From: the human T2T-CHM13v2.0 reference genome, Homo sapiens
DNA length: 64,000 bases
NCBI RefSeq assembly: GCF_009914755.1
Contig: NC_060936.1
Reading direction: 5' to 3' (one strand)
Program-made: the position numbers and the translations under genes
Shown here: positions 1 through 11,894 of the stretch, piece by piece
Position numbering within the stretch: the stretch's first letter is position 1
Layout: each line of letters opens with the position of its first letter
The notes under the pieces: model-generated
What the model was told of the DNA's origin: nothing
Seen by the model: only the letters and a program-made list of their open reading frames with translations
The model's database searches: none

Positions 1-1046
1 AAAGACAATGACATAGAGATAACTGATGAACGGCACGATTAGCAGGTGCCCTGCACAGCTGTACTCTCAGCACTGGAGTTCTCAGCAGGGGAGTCCCAAA
101 GTGTTGGAAATTGAGTCTCCTGATAAAATGACCACAGCAAGAAAATCATAGACAAAGAACCCTTTGGGAAGTGCCTCTGGACCCCACTTGAACTGTTCAC
201 GCTTGATGGAGATATTTCAATCAAGCTTAAGCAGATACAGCTGGGCTCTCTAGTCTCTCAGCGACACAACCATTATGCACCACCACCTCAAAAAAAAAAT
301 TGCCAGTGACTTCTTTGAGTAGCCAATGCTCTATCTGTATAGTAACTCATTCATGTTAGAGTAGCTAGCTGGGGGTTTATTATTTTGTAAATCAACGTAT
401 GTCATGATTACAGTTTTAAAAAATGCATCTCCTAGATGATAAAATAATCACTTTACTTTTAGAAATGTTATTTTTAGTTTTATATTCTAACATATACAGA
501 CAACTGTGCCCTTTTCTAGGAATAACATCAAGTGACCACAACCTTAGGAAATAAATACCTTTTACTTGGTAAATAATTCAACTTCTTGGCTTCATTTTTA
601 TCCAGGACAATCCTCAAACCTTACTGCTGCAGAGCAAATTTATTTCTCCAGTAAAAAAAGAGAACTTTTGATCATCATAGTAAACACTATCCCTTATACA
701 TACAGCCAGAAAAATCTGAGGCAGGAAAAAACATTATTTGAAGATACTAAGTATCCATTTACTATTTTATTTAGAGCAAGAGAGAAGTTTTGTTTGTTTG
801 ATTTCTCAGTGAGGACTAGTGACTGCTAAGGAGAAAAACTAACCAATTGTGAAAGTGGGCTGAACATCTGCAGCAAATCTATTCCTATCTCAGATCAATT
901 TATTAAAATGTAGCTCTTTTCTACTTTATTACATATACCTGTGTGCTTTTTTCTTGGACTATTGCCTAAATTAAATACACAAATCTTAGAATATTTCCTA
1001 TTTTACCTATTCAAAACCATTTCTCTATCAGTTATCATTGCAGTTC

Positions 1047-1503
1047 ATATTAGTGTTGTAGGGCCACTGCAACAATGTACCACAAATTGGATGGCTTACA
1101 ACAAAAGAAATTAATTATCTCACAATTTTGGAAGCAGAGGTCTGAAATCAAAGGTGTGGGTGGCCACACTTTCTGCTCATGATTTAGAGGAGGATCTTCC
1201 TTGCCTAGCCTCGCCTCTGGCAGCTCTAGGCACTTTTTGGCTTATGACTGGGTAAGTCTTATCTTTTTCTCCATTTTCACATGGCCTTCACCTCTGTGTC
1301 TGTGTCTTCTCCTCTTCAGTCTGTTACAAGAGCACGTGTCAGGATTTAGGGCCTACTCAAATAATCCAGGATGATCTCATCTGAAGATCCTTAATTAAGT
1401 TACATTTGCAAAGAACACTTTTTCCAAATAAAATAACATTCACAGGGCCTGGGTATTACCGTGTAGACATATGTTTCTTGGGACCACCATACAACCCACT
1501 TTG
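1047..1503 (-). mobile_element. MaLR LTR, MLT1C-like
   Basis: The reverse strand reads like an MLT1 LTR (atcctggattatt..ggccctaaatcc..gaagacacagacacagag..tgtgagataattaatttc..taagccatccaatttgtggtac..ctaata). Confidence 0.8.
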
Positions 1504-1798
1504 TGGTACAATGACTGGGGATATTTAGTGTTACCTGAGAGCAGTATAGAGAAGAGGAAAGGGGGCTAAGGACACTTAAGGAGAGTATAACAGAACTAAT
1601 TAGGCAGCACAGCTCCCATGAAGGAAGGATTATCCAGGTGACAAGTGGCATTTATTAGCAGTCTAGGATATGTGTAGCTATATATTAGGTGCTGTACATT
1701 TAGGAGGTCAGCATAGTTATCACCCTCAGAAAGCTGACAGAGGCAGACTAAAGGGTGGAATCTCAGAATGCCATTATTTACTCAAAGTATGACCTTCT

Positions 1799-3997
1799 CT
1801 GAAGTCTGGGCAACAGAAGGACAATGTGGACGAGCAATGAATGCCCATCGTATTCAAATTAAACTAAAGGATTCCGCCTCCTTTCCCTACCAAAGGCAGT
1901 ACCCCCTTAGACATGAGGCCCAACAAAGACTCCAAAAGATTAAGGACCTAAAAGCCCAAGGCCTAGTAAAATCATGCAGTAGCCCCTGCAATACCCCAAT
2001 TTTAGGAGTACAGAAACCCAATGGACAGTGGAGGTTAGTGCAAGATCGGATTATCAGTAAGGCCGTTTTCCCTCTATACCCAGCTGTACCTAAACCTTAT
2101 ACTCTGCTTTCTCAAATACCAGAGGAAGCAGAGTGGTTTACAGTCCTGAACCTTAAGGATGCCTTTTTCTGCATCTCTGTACATCCTGACTCTCAATTCT
2201 TTTTTGCCTTTGAAGATCCTTTGAACCCAATGTCTCAACTCACCTGGACTGTTTTACCGCAAGGGTTCAGGGATAGCCCCCATCTATTTGGCCAGGTATT
2301 AGCCCAAGACTTGAGCCAGTTCTCATACCTGGACACTCTTGTCCTTCAGTATGTGGATGATTTAATTTTAGCCACCCATTCAGAAACCTTGTGCCATCAA
2401 GCCACCCAAGCACTCTTAAATTTCCTAGCCACCTGTGGCTACAAGGTTTCCAAACCACAGGCTCAGCTCTGCTCACAGCAGGTTAAATACTTAGAGCTAA
2501 AATTATCCAAAGGCACCAGGGCCCTCAGTGAGGAATGTATCCAGCCTATACTGGCTTATCCTTATCCCAAAACCCTAAAGCAACTAACAGCATTCCTTGG
2601 CTTAACAGGTTTCTGCCGAATATGGATTCCCAGATACGGCGAAATAGCCAGACCATTATATACGCTAATTAAGGAAACTCAGAAAGCCAATACCCATTTA
2701 GTAAGATGGACACCTGAAGCAGAAGCAGCTTCCCAGGCCCTAAAGAAGGCCCTAACCCAAGCCCCAGTGTTAAGCTTGCCAATGGGGCAAGACTTTTCTT
2801 TATATGTCACACAAAAACAGGAATAGCTCTAGGAGTCCTTACACAGGTCCAAGGGATGAGCTTGCAACCCATGGCATACCTGAGTAAAGTAATTGATGTA
2901 GTGGCAAAGACTTGGCCTCATTGTTTATGGGTAGTGGTGTCAGTAGCAGTCTTAGTATCTGAAGCAGTTAAAATAATACAGGGAAGAGATCTTACTGTGT
3001 GGACATCTCATGATGTGGATGGCATACTCACTGCTAAAGGAGACTTGTGGCTGCCAGACAACTGTTTACTTAAATATCAGCCTCTATTACTTGAAGGGCC
3101 AGTGCTGTGACTGCGCACTTGTGCAACACTTAACCCAGCCACATTTCTTCCAGACAATGAAGAAAAAATAGAACATAACTGTCAACAAGTAATTGCTCAA
3201 ACCTACGCCATTCGAGTTTCCCTTGACTGATCCCGACCTCAACTTGTATACTGATGGAAGTTCCTTTGTAGAAAAAGGACTTAGTGGGGTATGCAGTGGT
3301 CAGTGATAATGGAATACTTGAAAGTAATCCCCTCCCTCCAAGAACTAGTGCTCAGCTGGCAATATTAATAGCCCTCACTCAGACACTAGAATTAGGAGAA
3401 GGAAAAAGGGTAAATATATACACAGACTCTAAGTATGCTTACCTAGTCCTCCATGCCTATGCAGCAATATGGAGAGAAAAGGAGTTCCTAACTTCCGAGG
3501 GAACAGCTATCAAACATCAGAAAGCCATTAGGAGATTATTATTGGCTGTACAGAAACCTAAAGAGGTGGCAGTCTTACACTGCCGGGGTCATCAGAAAGC
3601 AAAGGAAAGGGAAATAGAAGGGAACCACCAAGCGAATATTGAAGCCAAAAGAGCCACAGGGCAGGACCCTCCATTAGAAATTCTTATAGAAGTACCCCTA
3701 GTATGGGATAATCCCCTCCGGGAAACCAAGCCCCAATACTCAGCAGGAGAAATAGAATGGGGAACCTCACAAGGACATAGTTTTCTCCCCTCAGGATGGC
3801 TAGCCACCGAATAAGGAAAAATGCTTTTGCCTGCAGCTAACCAATGGAAATTACTTAAAACCCTTCACCAAACCTTTCACTTAGGCATTGATAGCACCCA
3901 TCAGATGTCCAAATCATTATTTACTGGACCAGGCCTTTTCAAAACTATCAAGCAGATAGTCAGGGCCTGTGAAGTGTGCCAAAGAAATAATCCCCTG
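1799..3997 (+). pseudogene. pol: HERV-W pol remnant (RT, RNase H, N-terminal integrase HHCC)
   Basis: ORF 1768-2826 has LPQGFRDSP and QYVDD. RNase H motifs YTDGSS and IYTDSKYA are present, then integrase LHQTFHLG..CEVC. Frameshifts and stops occur after 2826. Confidence 0.93.
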
Positions 3998-4254
3998 CAC
4001 TTCAGGCCATACATTTCAATCCCTGTATCTTTAACCTCCTTGTTAAGTTTGTCTCTTCCAGAATTGAAGCCGTAAAACTACAAATTGTTCTTCAAATGGA
4101 GCCCCAGATGCAGTCCATGACTAAGATATACCGTGGACCCCTGGACCAGCCTGCTAGCCCATGTTCCAATGTTAATGACATCGAAGGCACACCTCCCAAG
4201 GAAATCTCAACTGCATCACCCCTACTATGCCCCAATTCAGCCGGAAGCAGTTAG
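3998..4254 (+). pseudogene. env: HERV-W env remnant (short SU island plus TM end/cytoplasmic tail)
   Basis: 3998-4027 encodes HFRPYISIPV. 4021-4254 encodes PCIFNLLVKFVSSRIEAVKLQIVLQMEP...PNSAGSS*, matching the syncytin-1-like C-terminus. Confidence 0.9.
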
Positions 4255-4312
4255 AGCGATCGTCAGCCAACCTCCCCAACAGCACTTGGGTTTTCCTGTT
4301 GAGAGGGGGAAC

Positions 4313-4634
4313 TGAGAGAACTAGCTGGATTTCCTACACTGACTAAGAGTCCCTAAGCCTTGCTGGGAAGGTGACCACATCCACCTTTAAACATGGGGCT
4401 TGCAACTTAGCTCACACCCGACCAATCAGAGAACTCACTAAAATGCTAATTAGGCAAAACAGGAGGTAAAGAAATAGCTAATCATCTATTGCCTGAGAGC
4501 ACAGCGGGAGGGACAAGGATCGGGATATAAACCCAGGCATTCGAGCAGGCAACGGCAACCCCCTTTGGGTCTCCTCCCTTTGTATGGAAGCTCTGTTTTC
4601 ACTCTATTTCACTCTATTAAATTTTGCAACTGCA
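4313..4634 (+). promoter_or_regulatory. LTR17 3' U3-R (promoter elements and poly(A) signal)
   Basis: Follows the PPT gagaggggga. CCAAT near 4422, octamer-like atgctaat near 4443, TATAAA at 4526-4531 and ATTAAA at 4616-4621; ends at tgcaactgca, where the tail starts. Confidence 0.9.
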
Positions 4635-5779
4635 AAAACAAACAAACAAACAAACAAAAAAACAAAGTATGACCTTCTCTGAAGTTTATTCTTTTGTGTC
4701 TTAGTTTTCCTCTTTGGCAATTATGAATGTCAATTATTTTCTTCTCAGAGAACTGTAAACATTAATTAAACTAGTGGGTAACCATGTGAACTCAAATTTA
4801 TCCCATCTTCATATAAAGGTCTCCTTTGCAGAAATACACTGAGGGTCTGAGAGTCCTTTCAGTCATTTTGTATAAATAATTGCAGCCAAAATGATTAATC
4901 CCTGACTTTTCAGTCAACAACTTTAATATTCCAACCTAAACCATCTTGAAGATAAATTATCCATAGTGATATTAATTATAACACAATTTCTTGAGAGTGC
5001 AAATCAAGTGCTTCATAAAATCATTCAGGTTCATTAATGTTAAAGTCTACACAATAAAAATTTCATGGAAATGCAGCATGCTCTAGCTGATCTTATTTTA
5101 AAGAGCAAATAAGACGTCAGTCAGTACTAGAGAAATGTATTTAATATAATATCCACTAGAAAAAGAAAGTCAGTGGCAAACAGTAGAAAGAACAAGTATA
5201 TTACAGGACCTATATATGGATATATTTATTAAAATCATTTTGAAAAATGAATTAATGCTTGCTTCACTTCTCTCCTGGGGCTATTGTGTCAAAGAAAATA
5301 AAACATGAAGAAGGTGTGTGTTCAACAAGATAATGTCAAATATGGAGTATTTATTACCATTTTTATTATTAGTGGAAAAATCACTTGCATTTTTATGAAT
5401 ATTCGATGTTTAAAGGAATTTTTTTTTGAAATTGATAACAGCTCCTGGAGAAAGAATTACATGGGTTGCTCTGTTTCTATGGGCAGGTGTTTCTTAACAT
5501 TTTCCCCCGTTAGCCAACATTCACACACATAGACCCACACATACATAATTTCCATGACGATTTTAAGAAGACAATGTCTGTGACAGCTATTCTTGGAGTA
5601 AAAACAAGAAAGAGTGGGGAGGACTTTATCAGTGGAAAGAGGCAGTAATGGAGTTAATTGCTATGGGATAAAAACACCGGGAGCATTAAGCAAATGTCAG
5701 TTGTTAGTCAACCAAAATCGGAGGCAACAGATATTTTGCTTAGAGAAATAATAAGAAAGTAGTCAATTTTAGAGATTTT

Positions 5780-6060
5780 TAGAGAATTATATATATAATT
5801 ATTACATATAAGAATTATATATAACATAATTATATAATTATAATATAATATTAATATAAATTAATTATATATTATACTACATAACTTATAATATAAATTA
5901 TAATATAACATTAATATAAATTAATTATATATTATAATTAATATTGTATTATAGAATTGTGTTATATATAATTATATGTAATAATTATATATAACATACA
6001 ATTCTATAATACAATAATATATATTTATATATTATATATCATATATAATAATTATATGTA
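5780..6060. repeat. AT-rich low-complexity tract with a 60-bp tandem duplication and an inverted repeat
   Basis: Almost pure A/T. 5821-5880 and 5881-5940 are near copies, and there are inverted arms at 5942-5975 and 5981-6016. Confidence 0.9.
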
Positions 6061-7079
6061 AGTGACATGTATATATGGTCAATTCAAATGCTGAATCAGC
6101 CTAAGACAGATCCCAAGAGATTTTAATGCCCATATTTCGAAAATACAAATAAGCATTATTGCAAAAATAGCAGGTTAAAAAATAAAAACAGGAAGTCATC
6201 CTAGCATCATCACTTTAGCGAAAAGAACCATTTTGATTTAATTTTTCTTTCTCATTTCTATAATTTTATAAGATTAGGCAACATTTTTTACTATACAGTT
6301 ATTTCATTTAACACTATAGTATGTACATGTTTCTATTTAGCTGCATAAGGCTTTATCTTAATACTTTAAAAGCATCATAATATTTAGAGTAGATAGTGTA
6401 CAATTGAACTAACTATATTTGAATATAAATTAAGTAGTTTCCAGTTAGTTGATCAATTAATCATAAATCAATGTATTAGTTTGAAAGAAACCTTTAGAAG
6501 CTGCGATCCCTGACATTATTTTTTTTAACCTAGCACTGAGGCTATTTGCAGCGACAGTGCTCCTTTGTGATGCAATTTTTCTATTGAACACATTAAATAT
6601 TCACTTATCATTTGTTTATTCAATACGTTTTTGAGACTACTGAAGGTACTATTAACTAGAGAAACAATGATGAAAAAATTAAAAGCCCATGGAAATGAAG
6701 GATCAAATCTTCCAGTGAGCAGAGAGAAGATAACAGTAAACAGACGCATTGTGATTATGGATAGACCTAAGAGTTTTGAAGAAAATAAATATGAACATAT
6801 GAATAAGAGTGAAAGAATGATTGAGATGAACTTTAGAAGTATTGATAAGGAGACACTTAAACTTTTTCTAGGAGAACCCTACCTCCCACATCTACCTTCT
6901 CAATTTAAAAATGATATAAAACTACCTATTTTTTGTACCCTTAGACTGTGCAGAAGAATAGAAGGTAATAAATAGCCCAAGCAGGACTATTCAGTCACAA
7001 TTTAGAAGTGAATTAGTGTTATGACTATAGTTCCTTGGAAAAATATTTTAAAAATAAGAAGCCAGTAATCCCAGAGTAC

Positions 7080-7113
7080 CAATGGTGCAATGGTGCACCA
7101 TTGCAATGGTGCA
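7080..7113. repeat. CAATGGTG 8-mer array (F-F-R-F) forming two overlapping 20-bp perfect palindromes
   Basis: caatggtg caatggtg caccattg caatggtg ca; palindromes at 7086-7105 and 7094-7113. Confidence 0.95.
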
Positions 7114-9219
7114 AGGGGGTCAGAGCTAGAGCCACAGAGCAGGTGGGAAGCCCTGGTTATGTTGCCCTGAGGGCTGAGAAGCTGGGGTGGGGGCACCCAT
7201 CCAGGGGCGAATGCACGTAGGTGGTGCCCAGGCCCCTCCCCCTGCCCGGGGCCTGTCCATCTCCCTAGGGGCCACCAAGGCCTGAAACCCAGAGACACGA
7301 CACCTGATCATCACACCCAGGCTTCCCTGCCCAGGCTAGAATACCCAGTGCAGGCAGACGTTCTGGGCTTGTGGCCGGGACAAGGGCGGGGGTCCCACTG
7401 GGTAGGCCTATGTCCCCAGACTCAGCTGGGATGATTGACCCACCACTTGTCATTCTGCCAATGTGCAGCTTAGATATGAGGGCCCAGATGCCCACTCTGG
7501 CCACACCAATCATGCTCCCCAGCCAGGCCCAATTCTGCTCATCTCACCTAACCTGGCCTCACATGCCCAGTGCCCACCAAGATCCTGCCAGCCAGAAGGG
7601 CCCATGCTCATCTAAAGCATCTACATGTGCCTGCATCCCATAGGCACTCACAGCTCAGGGACAGCCCCTGTGGACCCCAGTGGTCAGGCAGTGTCCTGGC
7701 CTAACCTCCAGCTCTTAAGTCCTGGCCATCATGTCTTTTGGGGACCACCAAGCACTGGCCATTGACGGCCCCAAAGAAGGCAGAGAATGGGCTGGTCATG
7801 GCAGCCTCAGGCCTGGGCCCTGGCCCCAGGGAAACAGCTCGTTAGTTCTGATTTGGACGGGACATTGACAATAGGTCAAGCCATATGCACAAGTATTCTC
7901 TGCAATCCAGTACAGCAGGAAGTTGGGGGACCCAGTGCAGCCCCCAGGCCAGCCGTGCACAGTGGTTCCAGCAGTGTGGGGTGGGGAGTGGGGAAGGGTC
8001 CCATACTCAGCCAAAAGCTGAATCCTGACCTGCTCACCCACCCTGCAAAAGTACCCTGGACTTCAGGCAGAGGCAGGCAGCAGAGTTGCCATCTCCTGGG
8101 ATCCCATTCAGGGCCAACAGAGGCCTGAGAAAACTCAGGGGCTGAGCTGGGGGGAATCAGGCTGGGAGATGCCAAGTGAAGGGTGGTGTGCATCCAGGCA
8201 TGACTGGTAATAAGAGTTCAGGGTCTAACTGACCCTGAAAAGGTGACAACAGGACAGAGGCCAGCTGAGCCCCTCCACACCCTAACAGCTACCAGGCACA
8301 TATGGTGCTCAATTCCCCAGAGGCCCCAGGAAGGGCTCTTTCTTAATCAGTAAAATGGGGGCCCCACCAGCACCCACACATGCGGTGGTGTCCACGCACA
8401 CCAGAGAATGAAACTCCTGCTGTGCTGATGTGGGGGACAAATATCCCTGTCCCCACATTCCCCAGCGTCATCCCCACATGGTGTTGAGCTTGGGGTGCCC
8501 AAGACAACAGCCCACTGATGCAGCAGCCCAAGGGATGCTGTGTCCTGGAGGGACCTGCGGGACCTAGAGGGCATTTCAGTCAGAGAATCTCCCTGAGTTT
8601 GTCATTCAATGGCCCTATGCCTCAGTTTCCTCCACTATGACACAAGGGAGAAATCCCACCCCACAGAGCTAGGGACCCAGTGAGGCCACCACACCAGGTT
8701 AAATGGCTGGAGTGTACAAAAGCTGGGCTGAGGGTACTTGCCCTGGGTGTCTCGCCCTGGGACTGAGGTCCACCAGTCCATGGCCAGGCCAGCCTGTTGG
8801 GGAGGTCTCCCAGTTCCAAGTCCCTGCAGTTGAGGCCCCCAGCGCATTGGGGGAGGCACAGGGTGGGATGGAGTGGAACGAAGCCCCATCATAAGAGCCC
8901 TGGGCAGACCTTAGGGAACAAGTATTAAACTGAGACTCGAGTCCGAAGCCGGCTCCGCCGTTTGGGGTGACATGAGTTCCAGGGCCAGGGAACAAAGCGT
9001 TCTGGTTTTAGACCTGCAGGAAGATCTGTGAAGCGCTCTTGGGCAGGGCTCATGTTGCCGGGTATGTGCTTGAAAAGAGCCTAAGAAGAGGGGGAGTCTG
9101 GAAGGAACTGCGATGCCAAGGGAGAGGGTCCAGCCTTCCTGCTTCAGCACCTGGGCTCATTCAGCAAAGTTTCCTAAGAAAGCCAGAAAAAAAAAATGAG
9201 TATGGGTCCCATACTCAGC

Positions 9220-9255
<36 letters not shown>

Positions 9256-9429
9256 CCAAAGGCCAGGAGGGCTAATGGGACTTTACTGGGACTATCTGGC
9301 CTAATCCTACAAACAAGCCAGCCATAGTAGCCCATCAGTCCTCTGGGACGGGTGAGGAACCTGAGATGGTAGGAGGGCCCCCAGAAGGTCCAGGCAGAGC
9401 CCCCTAGGACCCCACACCTTCCCCCGTGG

Positions 9430-10450
9430 CAGCTCTAACCCCAGCTTTTTCACTAGTAAGGCACTGGGGCTGCTGGGCCATGCCCGCTCCCCAACGCGGG
9501 GAAAGAGCTTCGCGCTGCCGCCTGGCTAGGGGCAGGGGCGCCGCCCTCCCGCGGCTCCGGAGCTGGCCAGGGGAAGCGCCCGCGGGGTCCGGGAGCCTGG
9601 CTACGCGTGTGCACCTGCTCCTGCCCTCGCCGTGGCCTCTGCCAGGACCCCGACGCTCCGCCGGACCCTGTCCTCCAGCGTGGCTGCGGCCCCATGGCCT
9701 GCGACAGCCGCCCCGTCCGGAATTCGGCGCCCTCCCCGGGGCAGAGGCCGCGGCGTCCTCAGGCTGTAGCGCCGGCCTGCGACCCCCACGCCTGGCTTGG
9801 GACCCAGAGGAGGAGGGCCTGCATCCCGGGGAGGGCGACCGGTCACCTGGGCTGGGAGGGCGGCGCAGGGGCGGAAGCGGCGGTCCGGGACAGTCTGGCT
9901 CTGCAGCCTCTCCCCGCCGCGGTCCGTCTAGTCCCTCCCTGGCGGCTGCGGAGCCCTCCCAGGACAGGGACCACAAACTCTCCAGAGCGGGAAGCCGTGA
10001 CCTGGCGAGGCTGCCACAGGGACCGCTCGAGATCCGAACCGCTCAGACCTGGCGGCCGCTGGCGGCTGACCCACTGCGCGGGTTTCCGTAGAGCTCGCTG
10101 TCCACCCGGCCCTGCGGCCTCGGCTCTTGCGTGTGCTCTGTGGTGGGTCCCTGCTAGGGGCGACCCTATGGGCCAGCTTCCCACGCCTGGTCCCCAAGCC
10201 GCACCCACCCTAGCTCCCTGGGCTAGGGGACTGGCTCCTCCTGGGGGCCGTGCGGTGGGAGGCAGGGGCGTTAGGGGAGAGGGAGGGGTCGAGGGCAGCC
10301 CCTGCTCTGTGCACAGCGAGGTGGGGCGCAGGCTTCTGTTGCACAGCATGCGGCTTCAGCTGGGACTGTGCTCGGGCTCCGAGGGGGTATCGGTGCCGGA
10401 GGCGATATCAGAGAGGCTTCAGCAAGAAGGAGCCGCGGATCTGACGCCTG
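9430..10450. promoter_or_regulatory. CpG island
   Basis: About 1 kb of very GC-rich sequence with dense retained CpGs, GC boxes (ccgccc/gggcgg) and an ETS-like ggcggaag near 9870. Confidence 0.85.
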
Positions 10451-11894
10451 GGGTGTGAGTTGGTCATTTTCAGGTGGAAGAGGGCAGGACCGAATTGCAG
10501 GTGGAGAAGGCTGTGTGTGCGCACACCTGGGGGTGAAGGGGACGCAGCCTGTCTACCTGGCCCATGAAATGCGGGAGCAGCGGGTTCACAGCTCCATTGA
10601 TTAAGCAAGTCTGGGACACACATGTAGCTAAGCTGAGTTCTGTGCCAAGGGTCCCAACACCCACTCCCCCAGGAAGACACAGGTTTGGAGGTTGGGTGCT
10701 TGTCAGGCCTAAGAATGGAGAGCAGGGGCCAGAAACACCAAGTAGGGGGAACCCACACTAGGGCTCTGAGGGACGACGATGTGGGGAGCTGGTGGCAGAG
10801 CCTGAGCTGGCCCAAGGTTGCAGGGTGGGGAGAGATTCAAGGCATAGCGGGGACTGGTGACCTCAGTTCCCAGAATGTCCCAGCCTGGCCTCCCGGTCCA
10901 GCCAGCAAGTACAGGGTGCTGCCCTGTAAAGACTCTGGGGGTGCCTCAGCTCCCCTCACCACACTTGACGGGTGACTTCTGTGTCCACCCTCACAAGAAG
11001 AGGTATCTTCTCTCACTTTCAGGCAAGCCCAGGAAAGTCAGGGGCCTGCGTGAACCAAAGAGGAGAGAAGGCGATGACCTCAGCCCAGTGTTTCTGCCTC
11101 ACCTGGCTTATGGCCTTGGGGACTTGATTTGCACCGCAGGAAAATGGGCAATGAAAGCCCCTCCCTGACTGGCTTCTCACTCCACTGTGCCCAGCCCACA
11201 GCACAATGCCCACCCTGCAGCTCCTGGTACAGCCTGCGTACCTGCAGCTCCAGGTACAGAGGCTGTGCTGGCTCTGGGCTGACCTCAGGACCTTCTGATG
11301 GTTGGAACCCTCGGGATGCCTCATGTTCACCCTTTGGCACCCACCTGACAGCTCAGCATGTCTGCTGTATGACATCTTCAATGCCTGCTCTAGACAAGCC
11401 CAAGTTCCCCCGGAGTGGCAGAGGGAACTGAGCTGGAAACTAAGTCCCGACTCACTGAACCCCAAGTGGGCTCTCCAGCCTACCCCTTCAGTTCACAACT
11501 CCAGGCAAGTTCCCTCCAGGGATGTGATCCCAGGGGTCACAGCAGCACATTCTGGCCTATCCTATTCACTACTTAATTAACAGTTACTGAAAAGGCCAGG
11601 ATGGGCATGGGCCCTGACATTAATCCCCTTTCTCTGTGATGGGGCTGGGTTGGGTTTGACATCCTGATGTCTTTGTGGAAAGAGCTGGCAGGTAGAGCAA
11701 GTCTTAGGGGCCAGCCATGGGACAGGGAACCTAGGATTCGCCTATGCTGGAACCCTCTGAGGCCCATGCAGTCAGGAGAGTCCAATGGAGGTCCAGCCAC
11801 TTCTCCCAGGTTGGTGCTCACAACCCCTCCTGGATCACTCCCTCTACACCTGCACCTGCTGGTCTCTGGGAGAGGAGCATCCATCGATCTTGTG

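Larger units (their letters stand above)
1799..4662 (+). mobile_element. HERV-W (HERV17/LTR17) processed pseudogene, 5'-truncated, L1-mobilised
   Basis: Contains HERV-W pol, the env C-terminus and a U3-R LTR without U5, followed by an A-rich tail (4634-4662). The direct repeat caaagtatgaccttctctgaagt lies at 1783-1805 and 4663-4685. Confidence 0.95.

Noticed and set aside
39-224. 61-aa minus-strand ORF
   Set aside because: Non-ATG start, no recognisable homology and no splice context.
9404-10458. Overlapping 168-283-aa ORFs on both strands
   Set aside because: Expected from stop-codon depletion in a CpG island. They are low-complexity P/G/R/A peptides, mostly with non-ATG starts, and show no recognisable domain.
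7114-11890. Possible FAM166A, STPG3, IL9R or tubulin pseudogene exons in the GC-rich block
   Set aside because: No translation that I could convincingly match to those proteins.
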